DNA of 64,000 nucleotides from positions 96,001-160,000 of the forward strand of contig JAKFBU010000039.1 of assembly GCA_036676985.1 (NCBI GenBank), given 5' to 3'. The stretch is from Candidatus Sericytochromatia bacterium (GTDB lineage Bacteria > Cyanobacteriota > Sericytochromatia > S15B-MN24 > UBA4093). Both the position numbers and the translations under genes were made by a program. Of this stretch, positions 46,327 through 54,894 are shown one piece after another; position 1 is the stretch's first letter, and each line of letters opens with the position of its first letter. The notes beneath the pieces are model-generated. The model saw nothing but the letters and a program-made list of their open reading frames with translations, had not been told where the DNA came from and made no database searches.

Positions 46327-47355
46327 ATGGAACGGAAGCTATTCAACGACGTCGCCCTCGGGGCCTTCATCGTGTCCGCCCTGGGCTTGTTGGCCTACAT
46401 GTCGATCGCGGTGGGCGGCCTCAAGGTGGGCAACGCCATCGTGGTCTCCGCGAAGTTCGACAACGCGGCGGGCCTGGTCAAGGACGGGGCCGTCATGATC
46501 GCGGGCGTGAACGTCGGCTCGGTCGACTCCCTGCAGGTGGCGCACGACAAGGCGCTGGTCAAGCTGCGGCTCAAGACCGACGCCCACGTGCGCAGCGACG
46601 TCAAGGCGGCCATCCGCATGAAGAGCCTCTTGGGCGAGAAGTACATCGAGCTCCTGCCGCAGTCCGAATCGGCCCCCATGCTCCAGAGCGGCGACACCAT
46701 CGCCGAGACCACCGTCCCGGTCGAGGTCGACGAGGTCATGAAGCAGATCGGCCCCGTGCTCAAGGACGTGGACCCCAAGGAGGTCTCGGCCATCGTGCAC
46801 GCCCTCGCCAAGAGCCTGGACGGCCGCGGCGAGACGATCGGCGCCACCCTCGACAACGCCAACGAGACGATGGTCACGCTCAACCGCTTCCTCACCAAGA
46901 ACGAGGACAGCCTCAGCCGCATGGTCGCGAGCCTCGACTCCGCCTCGAGCAAGGCCCCGGGCCTCGTCGACCGGCTCGATCGCCTCACCGCGAGCCTGGA
47001 GCCCGCCGCCAAGTCCCTCGAGACCCGCGGCCCCAGCCTGATCGCCCGCCTGGATCGGGTCTCGGAGCAGCTGGAGCCCGCGACCGCAGCACTCGCCAAG
47101 AAGGGCCCCGGCCTCATCGACAAGACGGACCGGACGCTCGCGGCCCTCGAGCCCTCGCTCACGCGCCTGCCCAAGACGCTCGACGCGGCGAGCCCCACCC
47201 TCCAGAAGCTGCCCAAGACCCTCGACACGCTGGATCGCCTGGTCACGCGGCTCGAGAGCACGCTCGACAAGGTGGAGCCGCTGGTCGACCAGACCAAGGG
47301 CCAGCAGCTCTTCGACAAGGACGGTTCCATCAAGGTCAAGGCGCGGCTCTTCTAG
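46327..47355 (+). CDS. mlaD: MCE/MlaD-family protein with long helical repeat stalk
   Basis: TM, then FDNAAGL..G..V.IAGV.VG.V and SLLGEKYIEL.P. Confidence 0.88.
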   Translation: MERKLFNDVALGAFIVSALGLLAYMSIAVGGLKVGNAIVVSAKFDNAAGLVKDGAVMIAGVNVGSVDSLQVAHDKALVKLRLKTDAHVRSDVKAAIRMKSLLGEKYIELLPQSESAPMLQSGDTIAETTVPVEVDEVMKQIGPVLKDVDPKEVSAIVHALAKSLDGRGETIGATLDNANETMVTLNRFLTKNEDSLSRMVASLDSASSKAPGLVDRLDRLTASLEPAAKSLETRGPSLIARLDRVSEQLEPATAALAKKGPGLIDKTDRTLAALEPSLTRLPKTLDAASPTLQKLPKTLDTLDRLVTRLESTLDKVEPLVDQTKGQQLFDKDGSIKVKARLF

Positions 47356-47378
47356 TCGCTTCGATCGATCGGTACGCG

Positions 47379-47413
47379 ATCGCCACCCCCTCACGGCGAG
47401 GGGGTGGCGATTT
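47379..47413 (+). terminator. Terminator hairpin
   Basis: ATCGCCACCCCCTC-ACGGC-GAGGGGGTGGCGAT. Confidence 0.7.
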
Positions 47414-47481
47414 GCCTAGGACACAAGTTTATGGCCGGAAACGGGCATAACTAGACTATCCCTTGCCCTTCAGGAGGCGCC

Positions 47482-49092
47482 ATGTTCTCGATCGATCGCA
47501 TCCTCAATTCGTTCAAGCCATTCTCCAAGCCGGCGGAGAAGCCGCCCACGGAGAAGCCGCAGACGGGGCCCGCCGCGGCGCGGCCCGTGAGCGAGAAGGA
47601 CGCCTTGAAGCTCTCCAGCAAGCTTCCCGCAGCGGACGCGATCGCGCCGGCCAGCCTCTCGAGCGAGGAGCAGTCGCTCCAGCAGGCGCGCCTCCTGCCC
47701 GAGAACTACGCGGAGCTCAAGGCCGTGATGCTCGCCAAGGGCGTCGATGCTGCCAAGCAGCTCTACCGCAAGGGCAAGAACGGTCCCTTCTCACCGGACT
47801 TCGGCAACCCCATCGAGATGCTGAAGGCCGCCAAGCGCATCCAGGCCAGTCCGGAGCTCAGCCGCTTGGTCAAGGATGTCCGCAAGGGCGACATCGTGGT
47901 CGAGACGTACAACAAGCCCGACGATCCCATCACCCGGTTCACCAAGGGCCCCTTCGTCCATGCCAGCATTTGCATCTCGGACGAGGCGCCCCCCCAGTTC
48001 ATCGAGGCGGTGGGCATTACCGGCAGCTCCGGCGATCCGACCACCAACCGGGTCCGCTACACGACGCTGTCGGCCCACGACACGATGACCTACCGCATCG
48101 TGCGCCCCACCGAGGGCATGGACGAGCCCGCCAAGAGCCATGCCATCAACCGGGCCATCCGCTACTCGGAGGAGCAGCTGGGCAAGAGCTACGACTACGC
48201 CTTCACGGACCGGAACCGGGGTAGCGGCGTGACGGATGCCTACTACTGCAGCGAGCTCACCTACCTGGCCTACGCGAGCCCCGACGGGGCCAACCTCAAC
48301 ATGCCCGTCGGCAAGTCCACCGAGCGCGACGAGATCATCGTGGCGCTCAACGCGGTGGTGGACGCCCTCCAGCCGACCAACAAGGCCGAGCTCATGGACG
48401 AGGCCATGAAGCTCGTGAAGCGCAACCCCAAGCCCACCACCTCCGACATGGTGGCCTTCATCGTCGACGAGGTCATGACCAAGTGCGAGGCGACCGAGGA
48501 CCTGACCCGCTCCGACGCGGATCGGGACCGCCTCAAGAAGACCGTCGAGTCCCTCATGGAGGGCAAGGCCTTCGGGAACCTGCACTTTGCCCTGGGAGAG
48601 TACCACCAGCAGGAGGCCAGCGGTCAGTTCGATACGCCGGTCATCGGCTGGGGCCGCCAGCAGAAGGCGCGCGCCGCCATCGCCCTCGGCTTCGCCAAGG
48701 ACGCCGGCCACCTGCTCGGCACGAGCGGCCTGGACTTCTCGGAGACCGCCAAGACCACCTGGAACGTGCTCGCGGCCGTGTTGCCCCATTCCGAGGTCCT
48801 GGCATCCTTCCTGTTCGGCCCCAACGACGGTCGCACCCAGGCGGTGGGCAAGGTCCTGGACAGCATGGAGTGGGTCCAAAAGCATGCCCCTGATCTGCCC
48901 GTGGTCGGGGACTTCGGCCTCCATAACCTGCCGGAGCGCGCCAAGCCCAGCATCAAGACGGACTTCGTGAGCCCCACGGACCTCGCATGGAGCGGGCTCA
49001 GCGGGGAGAACTACAACGTGCTCCCGGGCCATCCGGTCGATCAGAAGGCCTTCGAGCGGACCTACGAGGAGGACCCCGTCCTGGCGAACTAG
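47482..49092 (+). CDS. Permuted papain-like NlpC/P60 (YiiX/YebB, C92-like) amidase with a large helical insertion
   Basis: KGDIV, HASI, GKSYDY, YYCSEL and distal VSPTDL; His precedes Cys. Confidence 0.8.
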   Translation: MFSIDRILNSFKPFSKPAEKPPTEKPQTGPAAARPVSEKDALKLSSKLPAADAIAPASLSSEEQSLQQARLLPENYAELKAVMLAKGVDAAKQLYRKGKNGPFSPDFGNPIEMLKAAKRIQASPELSRLVKDVRKGDIVVETYNKPDDPITRFTKGPFVHASICISDEAPPQFIEAVGITGSSGDPTTNRVRYTTLSAHDTMTYRIVRPTEGMDEPAKSHAINRAIRYSEEQLGKSYDYAFTDRNRGSGVTDAYYCSELTYLAYASPDGANLNMPVGKSTERDEIIVALNAVVDALQPTNKAELMDEAMKLVKRNPKPTTSDMVAFIVDEVMTKCEATEDLTRSDADRDRLKKTVESLMEGKAFGNLHFALGEYHQQEASGQFDTPVIGWGRQQKARAAIALGFAKDAGHLLGTSGLDFSETAKTTWNVLAAVLPHSEVLASFLFGPNDGRTQAVGKVLDSMEWVQKHAPDLPVVGDFGLHNLPERAKPSIKTDFVSPTDLAWSGLSGENYNVLPGHPVDQKAFERTYEEDPVLAN

Positions 49093-49172
49093 GGTTACGG
49101 AACGTAACAAAGGGCCCCTCGGCCGCATCGTGCCTTATAATGGCCTTAACGCAAGCATCAGAGGAGAGACCC

Positions 49173-49613
49173 GTGCAGCAGCCCCAGGCCCACCCACTCC
49201 CCACGACCGAGCCGCTCGTCTCGGCCGTCGTCGCGCCGACGGCGCATCGGGTGCCGGCCGCAGCGCTCCACTTCGGCGCCCTCCTCCTGGCCCGGCGCGT
49301 CATCACGGGCGACCAGCTCGACCATGCCCTCGAGTTGCAGGCGGCGAGCCCTTACCTGCGCATCGGCGAGATCCTCCTGGGCCTCGGCTACATCTCCTTC
49401 GCTCAGCTCAAGAGCACCTTGGAGGACCAGTACCATGACGTGCGGCTCGGAGAGCTGCTGCTGCAGCTCGGCATCGTGACGCCGCCCCAGATCGAGGCAG
49501 CCCTGGAGCTGCAAGAGCGCAGCGGCCTCCGGCTCGGCCCCGCCCTCATCGAGCTCGAGGCCTGCAGCGAGGCCCATATCTACCGGGTACTCGCGAGCCA
49601 GGACCCCCACTAA
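49173..49613 (+). CDS. Stand-alone tandem MshEN protein (putative c-di-GMP receptor)
   Basis: Four 24-aa motifs, e.g. RIGEILLGLGYISFAQLKSTLEDQ and RLGELLLQLGIVTPPQIEAALELQ; GTG after GAGGAG. Confidence 0.8.
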   Translation: MQQPQAHPLPTTEPLVSAVVAPTAHRVPAAALHFGALLLARRVITGDQLDHALELQAASPYLRIGEILLGLGYISFAQLKSTLEDQYHDVRLGELLLQLGIVTPPQIEAALELQERSGLRLGPALIELEACSEAHIYRVLASQDPH

Positions 49614-49619
49614 ACCTTG

Positions 49620-49649
49620 AACCCCCGCGTCCGAGGACGCGGGGGTTTT
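49620..49649. terminator. Terminator between convergent genes
   Basis: AACCCCCGCGTCC-GA-GGACGCGGGGGTTTT. Confidence 0.7.
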
Positions 49650-49657
49650 CACGGGGG

Positions 49658-49900
49658 CTAGCGCGAGGTGACGTGGAAGATCTCGTCCAGGATCGCGTCC
49701 GCCAGCACGCGGTAGTGGCTCTGCACCTCCGGGTAGTGCGACGTCGAGCTGGACGGATAGAGCAGCAGGATGACCTTCTTCTCCTCGTTGAGGTCGAAGC
49801 TCCAGGTGAGCATCTGCCGGCGCATGTCGTGCGAATAGGTCAGGATCCCGCAGTAGGTCTCCCCATCGTGGCGCTCGATGACCACGCGATCGATTTCCAT
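49658..49900 (-). CDS. Small hypothetical protein (80 aa)
   Basis: RBS AGGAGG before ATG 49900; typical codon bias. Confidence 0.65.
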   Translation of the reverse strand: MEIDRVVIERHDGETYCGILTYSHDMRRQMLTWSFDLNEEKKVILLLYPSSSTSHYPEVQSHYRVLADAILDEIFHVTSR

Positions 49901-50091
49901 CCGGCCTCCTACAGAGAGTTGACGCAGCGTTTGAGCACTTAACAAACCGCAACATCGCGTTCCGGCTATCTTAGCACCCACCCTACCCCCCTCAAAGCTG
50001 CAAGCGACGGACATTCGTCCGGGACGCGACGCCCCCGCCCCGCACGGCGCGGTCGTTTGGCCCACGACGGCCGCCCCCCTCGGGCTTTACA

Positions 50092-50156
50092 TTAAGAAAA
50101 CATTAAATACGCAAGTTTCGGCCCGGCCCTCCGCATAAAGCTTAAGGGATGGTTAA
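50092..50156. promoter_or_regulatory. Two TTAA-N7-TTAA boxes (50092-50106 and 50142-50156)
   Basis: TTAAgaaaacaTTAA and TTAAgggatggTTAA upstream of the subtilase gene. Confidence 0.55.
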
Positions 50157-50241
50157 CCAATGGTTATGGTTCAACCGAATCCCCGCTCCGGCCGCCCCTT
50201 TGACCGAGCTCCCCGCTGCCCAGAATTGGAGGACGCATCCG

Positions 50242-51534
50242 ATGAATCGCCCCACCCGTCTCGCCATCGCCCTCGGTCTCCTCTCGACCCTGAGCCTCGT
50301 CGGCTGCGGCGTGCCCAACACGCAGACCGCGCTCCGCGGCACCTCCGCTGCCGCCCTCAGCCAGGTCTACAGCGTCGGCGGCCAGCCCCAGCTCATCGTC
50401 AAGCGCCGGATGGGCATCCAGGCGGTGTCGAGCGTCAAGAACCTCCGGCGGGTGCGCGCCACGGCGATCGCCGGGGTCGAGGTGGACGCCGTCACCGACG
50501 GCAACCTGCAGGCGGCCATGGCGGCCCTCCAGGCGGATCCGACCGTCGAGTACGTCGAGCCCAACTACCGCATGACCCTCCCCGAGGGCGCGGACATGCG
50601 CTCGAACCTGCCCGGCGCCGACGCCAACGTCAACTTCCCCGGCGCCTACGGCCCCAAGGTCACGCAGGGCATCCAGGCTCACGCCAAGACCACCGGCCAG
50701 GGCCAGGTCATCGCCATCGTCGACACGGGCGTGGACCTCAAGCACCCCGACCTCGCCAAGCGCCTGGTCGCCGGCACCAACACGGTGGACGCCCGCGGCT
50801 CGGCCCATGACGACCAGGGCCACGGCACCAACGTCGCGGGCATCGCGGCGGCCGACAACAACCCCCAGGCCGGCATCGTGGGCATGGCCCCCGGCGCCAA
50901 GATCATGCCCATCAAGGTGCTGGGCGCCGACGGCAGCGGCTCGGACGCCTCGGTGGCCGAGGGCATCCGCTGGGCGACGGACCACGGCGCGACCGTCATC
51001 AACCTGAGCCTGGGCGGTCCTTCGGCGAGCCAGACGGGGGCTGACGCCGTCAAGTACGCCCTCTCCAAGGGCGTGGTCGTGGTGGCGGCCATGGGCAACA
51101 ACGGCACGGGCCAGAAGAGCTACCCCGCCGCCTACCCCGGCGTGCTCTCGGTGGGCGCCACCGACGTCAACGACCAGGTGACGAGCTTCTCGCAGTACGG
51201 CAACTGGATCTCGGTGACGGCGCCCGGCTACAGCATCCTGTCGACCTTCCCGACCCACCGCGTCGCGAGCAACGACGAGTACGAGGCGAACAAGGCGGCC
51301 TACGAGCGGAACGGCATGAAGCTGACCCAGTCGTACGCCTACGTGACGGGCACCTCGCAGGCCACCCCGCACGTGGCGGGCCTCGCGGCCCTCGTCCGCG
51401 CCGCCAACCCCGGCCTCACGCCGGCCCAGGTGAAGAGCAAGATCGAGGCCGGCGCCGTCAAGACCAAGGGCATGACCGCCGCGTTCGACACGCACTACGG
51501 CCACGGCCGCATCGACGCCCTCAAGGCGCTCTAG
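50242..51534 (+). CDS. S8 subtilisin-like serine protease lipoprotein
   Basis: Lipobox LVGC; propeptide VEYVEPNY; catalytic VDTG, HGT and GTSQATP. Confidence 0.93.
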   Translation: MNRPTRLAIALGLLSTLSLVGCGVPNTQTALRGTSAAALSQVYSVGGQPQLIVKRRMGIQAVSSVKNLRRVRATAIAGVEVDAVTDGNLQAAMAALQADPTVEYVEPNYRMTLPEGADMRSNLPGADANVNFPGAYGPKVTQGIQAHAKTTGQGQVIAIVDTGVDLKHPDLAKRLVAGTNTVDARGSAHDDQGHGTNVAGIAAADNNPQAGIVGMAPGAKIMPIKVLGADGSGSDASVAEGIRWATDHGATVINLSLGGPSASQTGADAVKYALSKGVVVVAAMGNNGTGQKSYPAAYPGVLSVGATDVNDQVTSFSQYGNWISVTAPGYSILSTFPTHRVASNDEYEANKAAYERNGMKLTQSYAYVTGTSQATPHVAGLAALVRAANPGLTPAQVKSKIEAGAVKTKGMTAAFDTHYGHGRIDALKAL

Positions 51535-51543
51535 GTCGAAGCA

Positions 51544-51582
51544 TCAAAAGGGGGGGTGGCCGATTGGCCACCCCCCTTTTGA
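51544..51582. terminator. Bidirectional terminator
   Basis: A-run, G-rich stem, GATT loop, C-rich stem, T-run between convergent genes. Confidence 0.8.
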
Positions 51583-51583
51583 C

Positions 51584-52225
51584 TTAGCGACCGCTCCAGA
51601 CGAGGAGCAGGGCCGGCACGTAGCAGGCGAGAGCGATCGCCCACAGGATCACGCTCGGCGGCAGTTGCCGCCGCTCAACCTCCGCGTGCAGGCCAAGGGC
51701 GCACGCGAGGAGCTGCTCACGCAGGGTGACGGGATCGCGGCCCATGAGGAGGGTCCCCACGACCCGATCCAGCTCGGGAACGCCGCACCGGCGCGACAGG
51801 GCGATCAGGGCCTCGCGCGGAGCGTGGCCGAGCCTCGTCTCTTGCAGGTAGACCATGAGCTCGGCCTTGAGGAGCCGGTGCTCCTGCGGATGCTCGCGCA
51901 CGACGGCGCCGACCGCCGATTCGAAGGACATCCCCACGGCCATGCGGCACACGATCCGGTCCAGGAGCGGAGCGACCGAGCGGGAGAGGGTCCGACGGCG
52001 CCGATCCTGCGGGCTCCAGCGCCAGGTCCCAGCCCGGCGTAGCTGCGCGAGGCCGTCGACCCACGCCAGACGCAGGCCCTCGAAGCGCGGCCCGACGAGG
52101 TCCGGCCCATCGTCCAGGAGGCTCAGGCGCCGTGCGACGAGCTGACGCCGGCGCATGGCGCGCATGGACGTCCCCCACGTGCCGACGGCCGCGACCGAGA
52201 GCGCGGTCCAGAGGAGTACGCTCAT
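51584..52225 (-). CDS. TadC-like (T2SSF domain) membrane protein, divergent
   Basis: LLDRI..MAVGMSFESA, ETRLG...REAL..LSRRC.VPEL. Confidence 0.7.
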   Translation of the reverse strand: MSVLLWTALSVAAVGTWGTSMRAMRRRQLVARRLSLLDDGPDLVGPRFEGLRLAWVDGLAQLRRAGTWRWSPQDRRRRTLSRSVAPLLDRIVCRMAVGMSFESAVGAVVREHPQEHRLLKAELMVYLQETRLGHAPREALIALSRRCGVPELDRVVGTLLMGRDPVTLREQLLACALGLHAEVERRQLPPSVILWAIALACYVPALLLVWSGR

Positions 52226-53082
52226 GCAAGCCCTCCTTTCACGCTGCCGACCCAGGCGATGAGCAGGGTCCCCACGCCGAAGCAGCTCCAGCCCGCCATC
52301 ATGACGAGCGATCCCGAGGTGCCGGCGTAGACCATGGCCGCCCCCACCGGGACGAACAGCCCCCAAGAGACGAGCCGGGTGCGCCGGGCATGGGCCCGCG
52401 CGAGCCGGATCCGCGACTCCAGGAGCGCCTGCAGGGGACGCAGCGACTCGGCGAGGCGGCGGCCGCGCTCATGGGGCACGGCCAGGCAGGAGACGAGCAT
52501 CTCCACCTCGGGCGACGGGTTGCGCCGGGCGAGCAGCCCGAAGGCCCGCTCTTCGGTCTGACCCTGGCGCAGGCCGTGGCGCACGCGGGCCAGCTCCCGG
52601 GCAGCCGCCCGGGGGGCGTGCTGCGAGACGAACTCGAGGGCCTGGTCGAGCGAGTTGCTCTCCTGCAAGCGATCCGCGAGCAGGCGCACGGCGTCGGGCA
52701 GCTGGAAGGCCACCCGGCGCCCGCGCCACCGGCGGAAGACCAGCCGAGCGATGCCTGCTGCCATCACGAGGCCGAAGACCCCCAGGAGGCTGTTCAGCAG
52801 GCCCCAGAGACGAGCGCCGAGGGCCACGGCGAGCACGACCGTGAGCGCCACGGCCCCGAGCTGCGCGCCCCTGCGCAAGAGCTGGCGCTGCTGCTGCTGA
52901 CGGGCTCGCGCGCGCCGCCGGTCCAGGATCTGCTGGGCCTTGTCGGACGGGACGGGCCCGGCGCCGACGGCGTCGAGCGCGCCCAGCCGCGCCTTGACGA
53001 GCGAGGCGCCGGACGACGGCAAGAAGTGGAGGACGAGCAGCGCCGAGATCGTCGCTGCCATGAACACCGCCACGTAGACCAT
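52222..53082 (-). CDS. TadB-like (T2SSF domain) membrane protein
   Basis: QLPDAVRLLA..L...SLDQAL, RELARV, RGRRLAESL. Confidence 0.75.
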   Translation of the reverse strand: MVYVAVFMAATISALLVLHFLPSSGASLVKARLGALDAVGAGPVPSDKAQQILDRRRARARQQQQRQLLRRGAQLGAVALTVVLAVALGARLWGLLNSLLGVFGLVMAAGIARLVFRRWRGRRVAFQLPDAVRLLADRLQESNSLDQALEFVSQHAPRAAARELARVRHGLRQGQTEERAFGLLARRNPSPEVEMLVSCLAVPHERGRRLAESLRPLQALLESRIRLARAHARRTRLVSWGLFVPVGAAMVYAGTSGSLVMMAGWSCFGVGTLLIAWVGSVKGGLA

Positions 53083-53083
53083 A

Positions 53084-54262
53084 TCAGGCCCCGTAGCCAG
53101 CGGCGGGCCCCTTGCGCAGCCAGGAAACGAGCTGGCCGAAGGGATTGCCGGCCTTCAAGGGCACGATGGCCGTGGTGCTCGCCTCCCCGAAGGTCAGGAC
53201 CAGGCGCTCGACCTCCCGAGCGAGCGCGCCGCGCGGGTCCGCCTGCAGGATGGGGATCCCCTGGTTGATGGCATGCCTGGCGGCCGAGGGCTCGTGCGGC
53301 AGGACCCAGTCGAGCGATCGCTTGAGGATCTTGGCGGCCTCCTGGCGGCTAACGTCACTCTTCTCGCCCCAGGTCACGAGCTCGAAGCCCCGCGTGTCCA
53401 CGCCCGCCTCCTGGAGGTCGGCGAAGTCCCGCTGCAAGGCCCGGATCTGCGTGACGTCCAGGCCCATGGGCACGAAGGTCCGGTCGGCATGGGCGAGGAT
53501 GGTGCGGTTCGTCTCGGGCATGGCGGGGTGCGTGTCCGCCACTACCCAGCAGTCGCGCTGCTTGAGCCACAAGAGCAGGCTCTTGAGCTTGTCGGTCTTG
53601 ATGTGGCGATCGCCCCGGGTCCAGCCCAGGAGCTTGATGCCCGTCGGGTGCGAGGCGAGGGCCCCGTCGAGGCGGCTGCCCGAGAGCACCGAGGCGATGC
53701 CTTGCTGGGGTTGCACGTTCAGCATGAGGTCCAGATCCCCCAGGTGGAACGCCCCGTCCAGGAGGATGGTCTCGCGCCCGGTGGCGCGGTAGAGGCCGAT
53801 GGCGAGGTTGGTCGCGAGCGTCGAGCGCCCGATGCCACCCTTGGGCGAGTAGACGGCGACGAGCCGCCCCAGGCGCTGATCGCCATTGAGCTCGGGGCCG
53901 GGCTCCGGCTTCGCGAGGCGCTCGATGGCCGCCTTGAGGGCCTTGGCGTCCTCGGCGGGCACGCACTCGGACACTCCGGCCTGGATGAAGGAGAGGCGCC
54001 GCGGGTCGTCGAGCTCGAGGCCGACCACCATCAGCTTGGCCCAGGGGACGGTCGCCCCCAGGCGGCGCACGGTGTCGAGCGCGTCGCCCGACAGGCCGAG
54101 CACCACGAGATCCGGCTGGCTGAGGCTCGCGAAGTGCAGCCCGTCCTCGCCGTCGGTGACCTCCCCGATGACCTGGCAGGCGGCGTGCGCGCGCAGGAGC
54201 GAGCGGTAGCGATCGCGCGTGGCGTCGTCAGCCAGCAGCAGGGTACGCAATGGATGGCTCAT
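53084..54262 (-). CDS. CpaE/TadZ-like receiver + MinD-type protein
   Basis: Atypical receiver domain, then VYSPKGGIGRSTLATNLA and AINQGIP. Confidence 0.82.
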   Translation of the reverse strand: MSHPLRTLLLADDATRDRYRSLLRAHAACQVIGEVTDGEDGLHFASLSQPDLVVLGLSGDALDTVRRLGATVPWAKLMVVGLELDDPRRLSFIQAGVSECVPAEDAKALKAAIERLAKPEPGPELNGDQRLGRLVAVYSPKGGIGRSTLATNLAIGLYRATGRETILLDGAFHLGDLDLMLNVQPQQGIASVLSGSRLDGALASHPTGIKLLGWTRGDRHIKTDKLKSLLLWLKQRDCWVVADTHPAMPETNRTILAHADRTFVPMGLDVTQIRALQRDFADLQEAGVDTRGFELVTWGEKSDVSRQEAAKILKRSLDWVLPHEPSAARHAINQGIPILQADPRGALAREVERLVLTFGEASTTAIVPLKAGNPFGQLVSWLRKGPAAGYGA

Positions 54263-54271
54263 GGGGCCTCC

Positions 54272-54679
54272 TTACGGCGTGGCGACCGGAGTCGTCTTGG
54301 CGGGCAGGGCGGAGATCTTGGCCGGCGCCTTGAACGCCGGCTTGGCAGCCGGAGCCTTGGCGACCGGCGCCTTGGCGGCAGGCTTGGGAGCCGGGACGAA
54401 CTGGACCTGCAGCTCGTCGCCGTGCACCGTCAACACGACCTCACCCGGCTCCTGGTGCTTCAAGACGATCCGCTTGGGTGCCGTCTTCACGGCCACCTCC
54501 GCCTGAGGCGCGCTCGCCTGCTTCGGGGCGGGGACCGCGGCGGGGCGGGACGTCGGCTGGGCCGGGGCGGCGACGGCCGGTAGCGTCCGACCGTTGGCAT
54601 GCTGCGTGAGGTACATGCCGCCCGTGACCATGCCCCCGAACGCCAGGGCTGCGGCGAGGCGCAGCGGACTCACTCCCAT
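54272..54679 (-). CDS. Membrane-anchored Pro/Ala/Lys-rich small protein
   Basis: RBS GGAGGAGG; N-terminal hydrophobic segment; APAAK-like repeats; first gene of the tad-like operon. Confidence 0.7.
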   Translation of the reverse strand: MGVSPLRLAAALAFGGMVTGGMYLTQHANGRTLPAVAAPAQPTSRPAAVPAPKQASAPQAEVAVKTAPKRIVLKHQEPGEVVLTVHGDELQVQFVPAPKPAAKAPVAKAPAAKPAFKAPAKISALPAKTTPVATP

Positions 54680-54800
54680 GGTTCCTCCTCCGGAATCGTC
54701 TTGCATGGCGGATGCCCGCCTAGTTCATTACCTACCGAGGCCACGTTGAGGGACGGCTAACGCTTTGTTGCACGGAAATGAAGCAAGGCCGAATACTGGC

Positions 54801-54815
54801 TTAATACGTGCTTAA
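54801..54815. promoter_or_regulatory. TTAA-N7-TTAA operator candidate
   Basis: TTAAtacgtgcTTAA between divergent operons. Confidence 0.5.
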
Positions 54816-54894
54816 TAGCCGCGCGAAGCGGGCGTCACAGCCCCCGCCTAGGCTGAAGCGTTGGTGACATCGCCACGGTAGGAGGAGACTGTCC

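Noticed and set aside
50142-50157. TTAA-N7-TTAAC read as a CtrA cell-cycle box
   Set aside because: It matches the alphaproteobacterial CtrA consensus, but gene content (SAM-I before metK, bifunctional PGI/PMI) does not look alphaproteobacterial; kept only as a generic OmpR/PhoB-type repeat.
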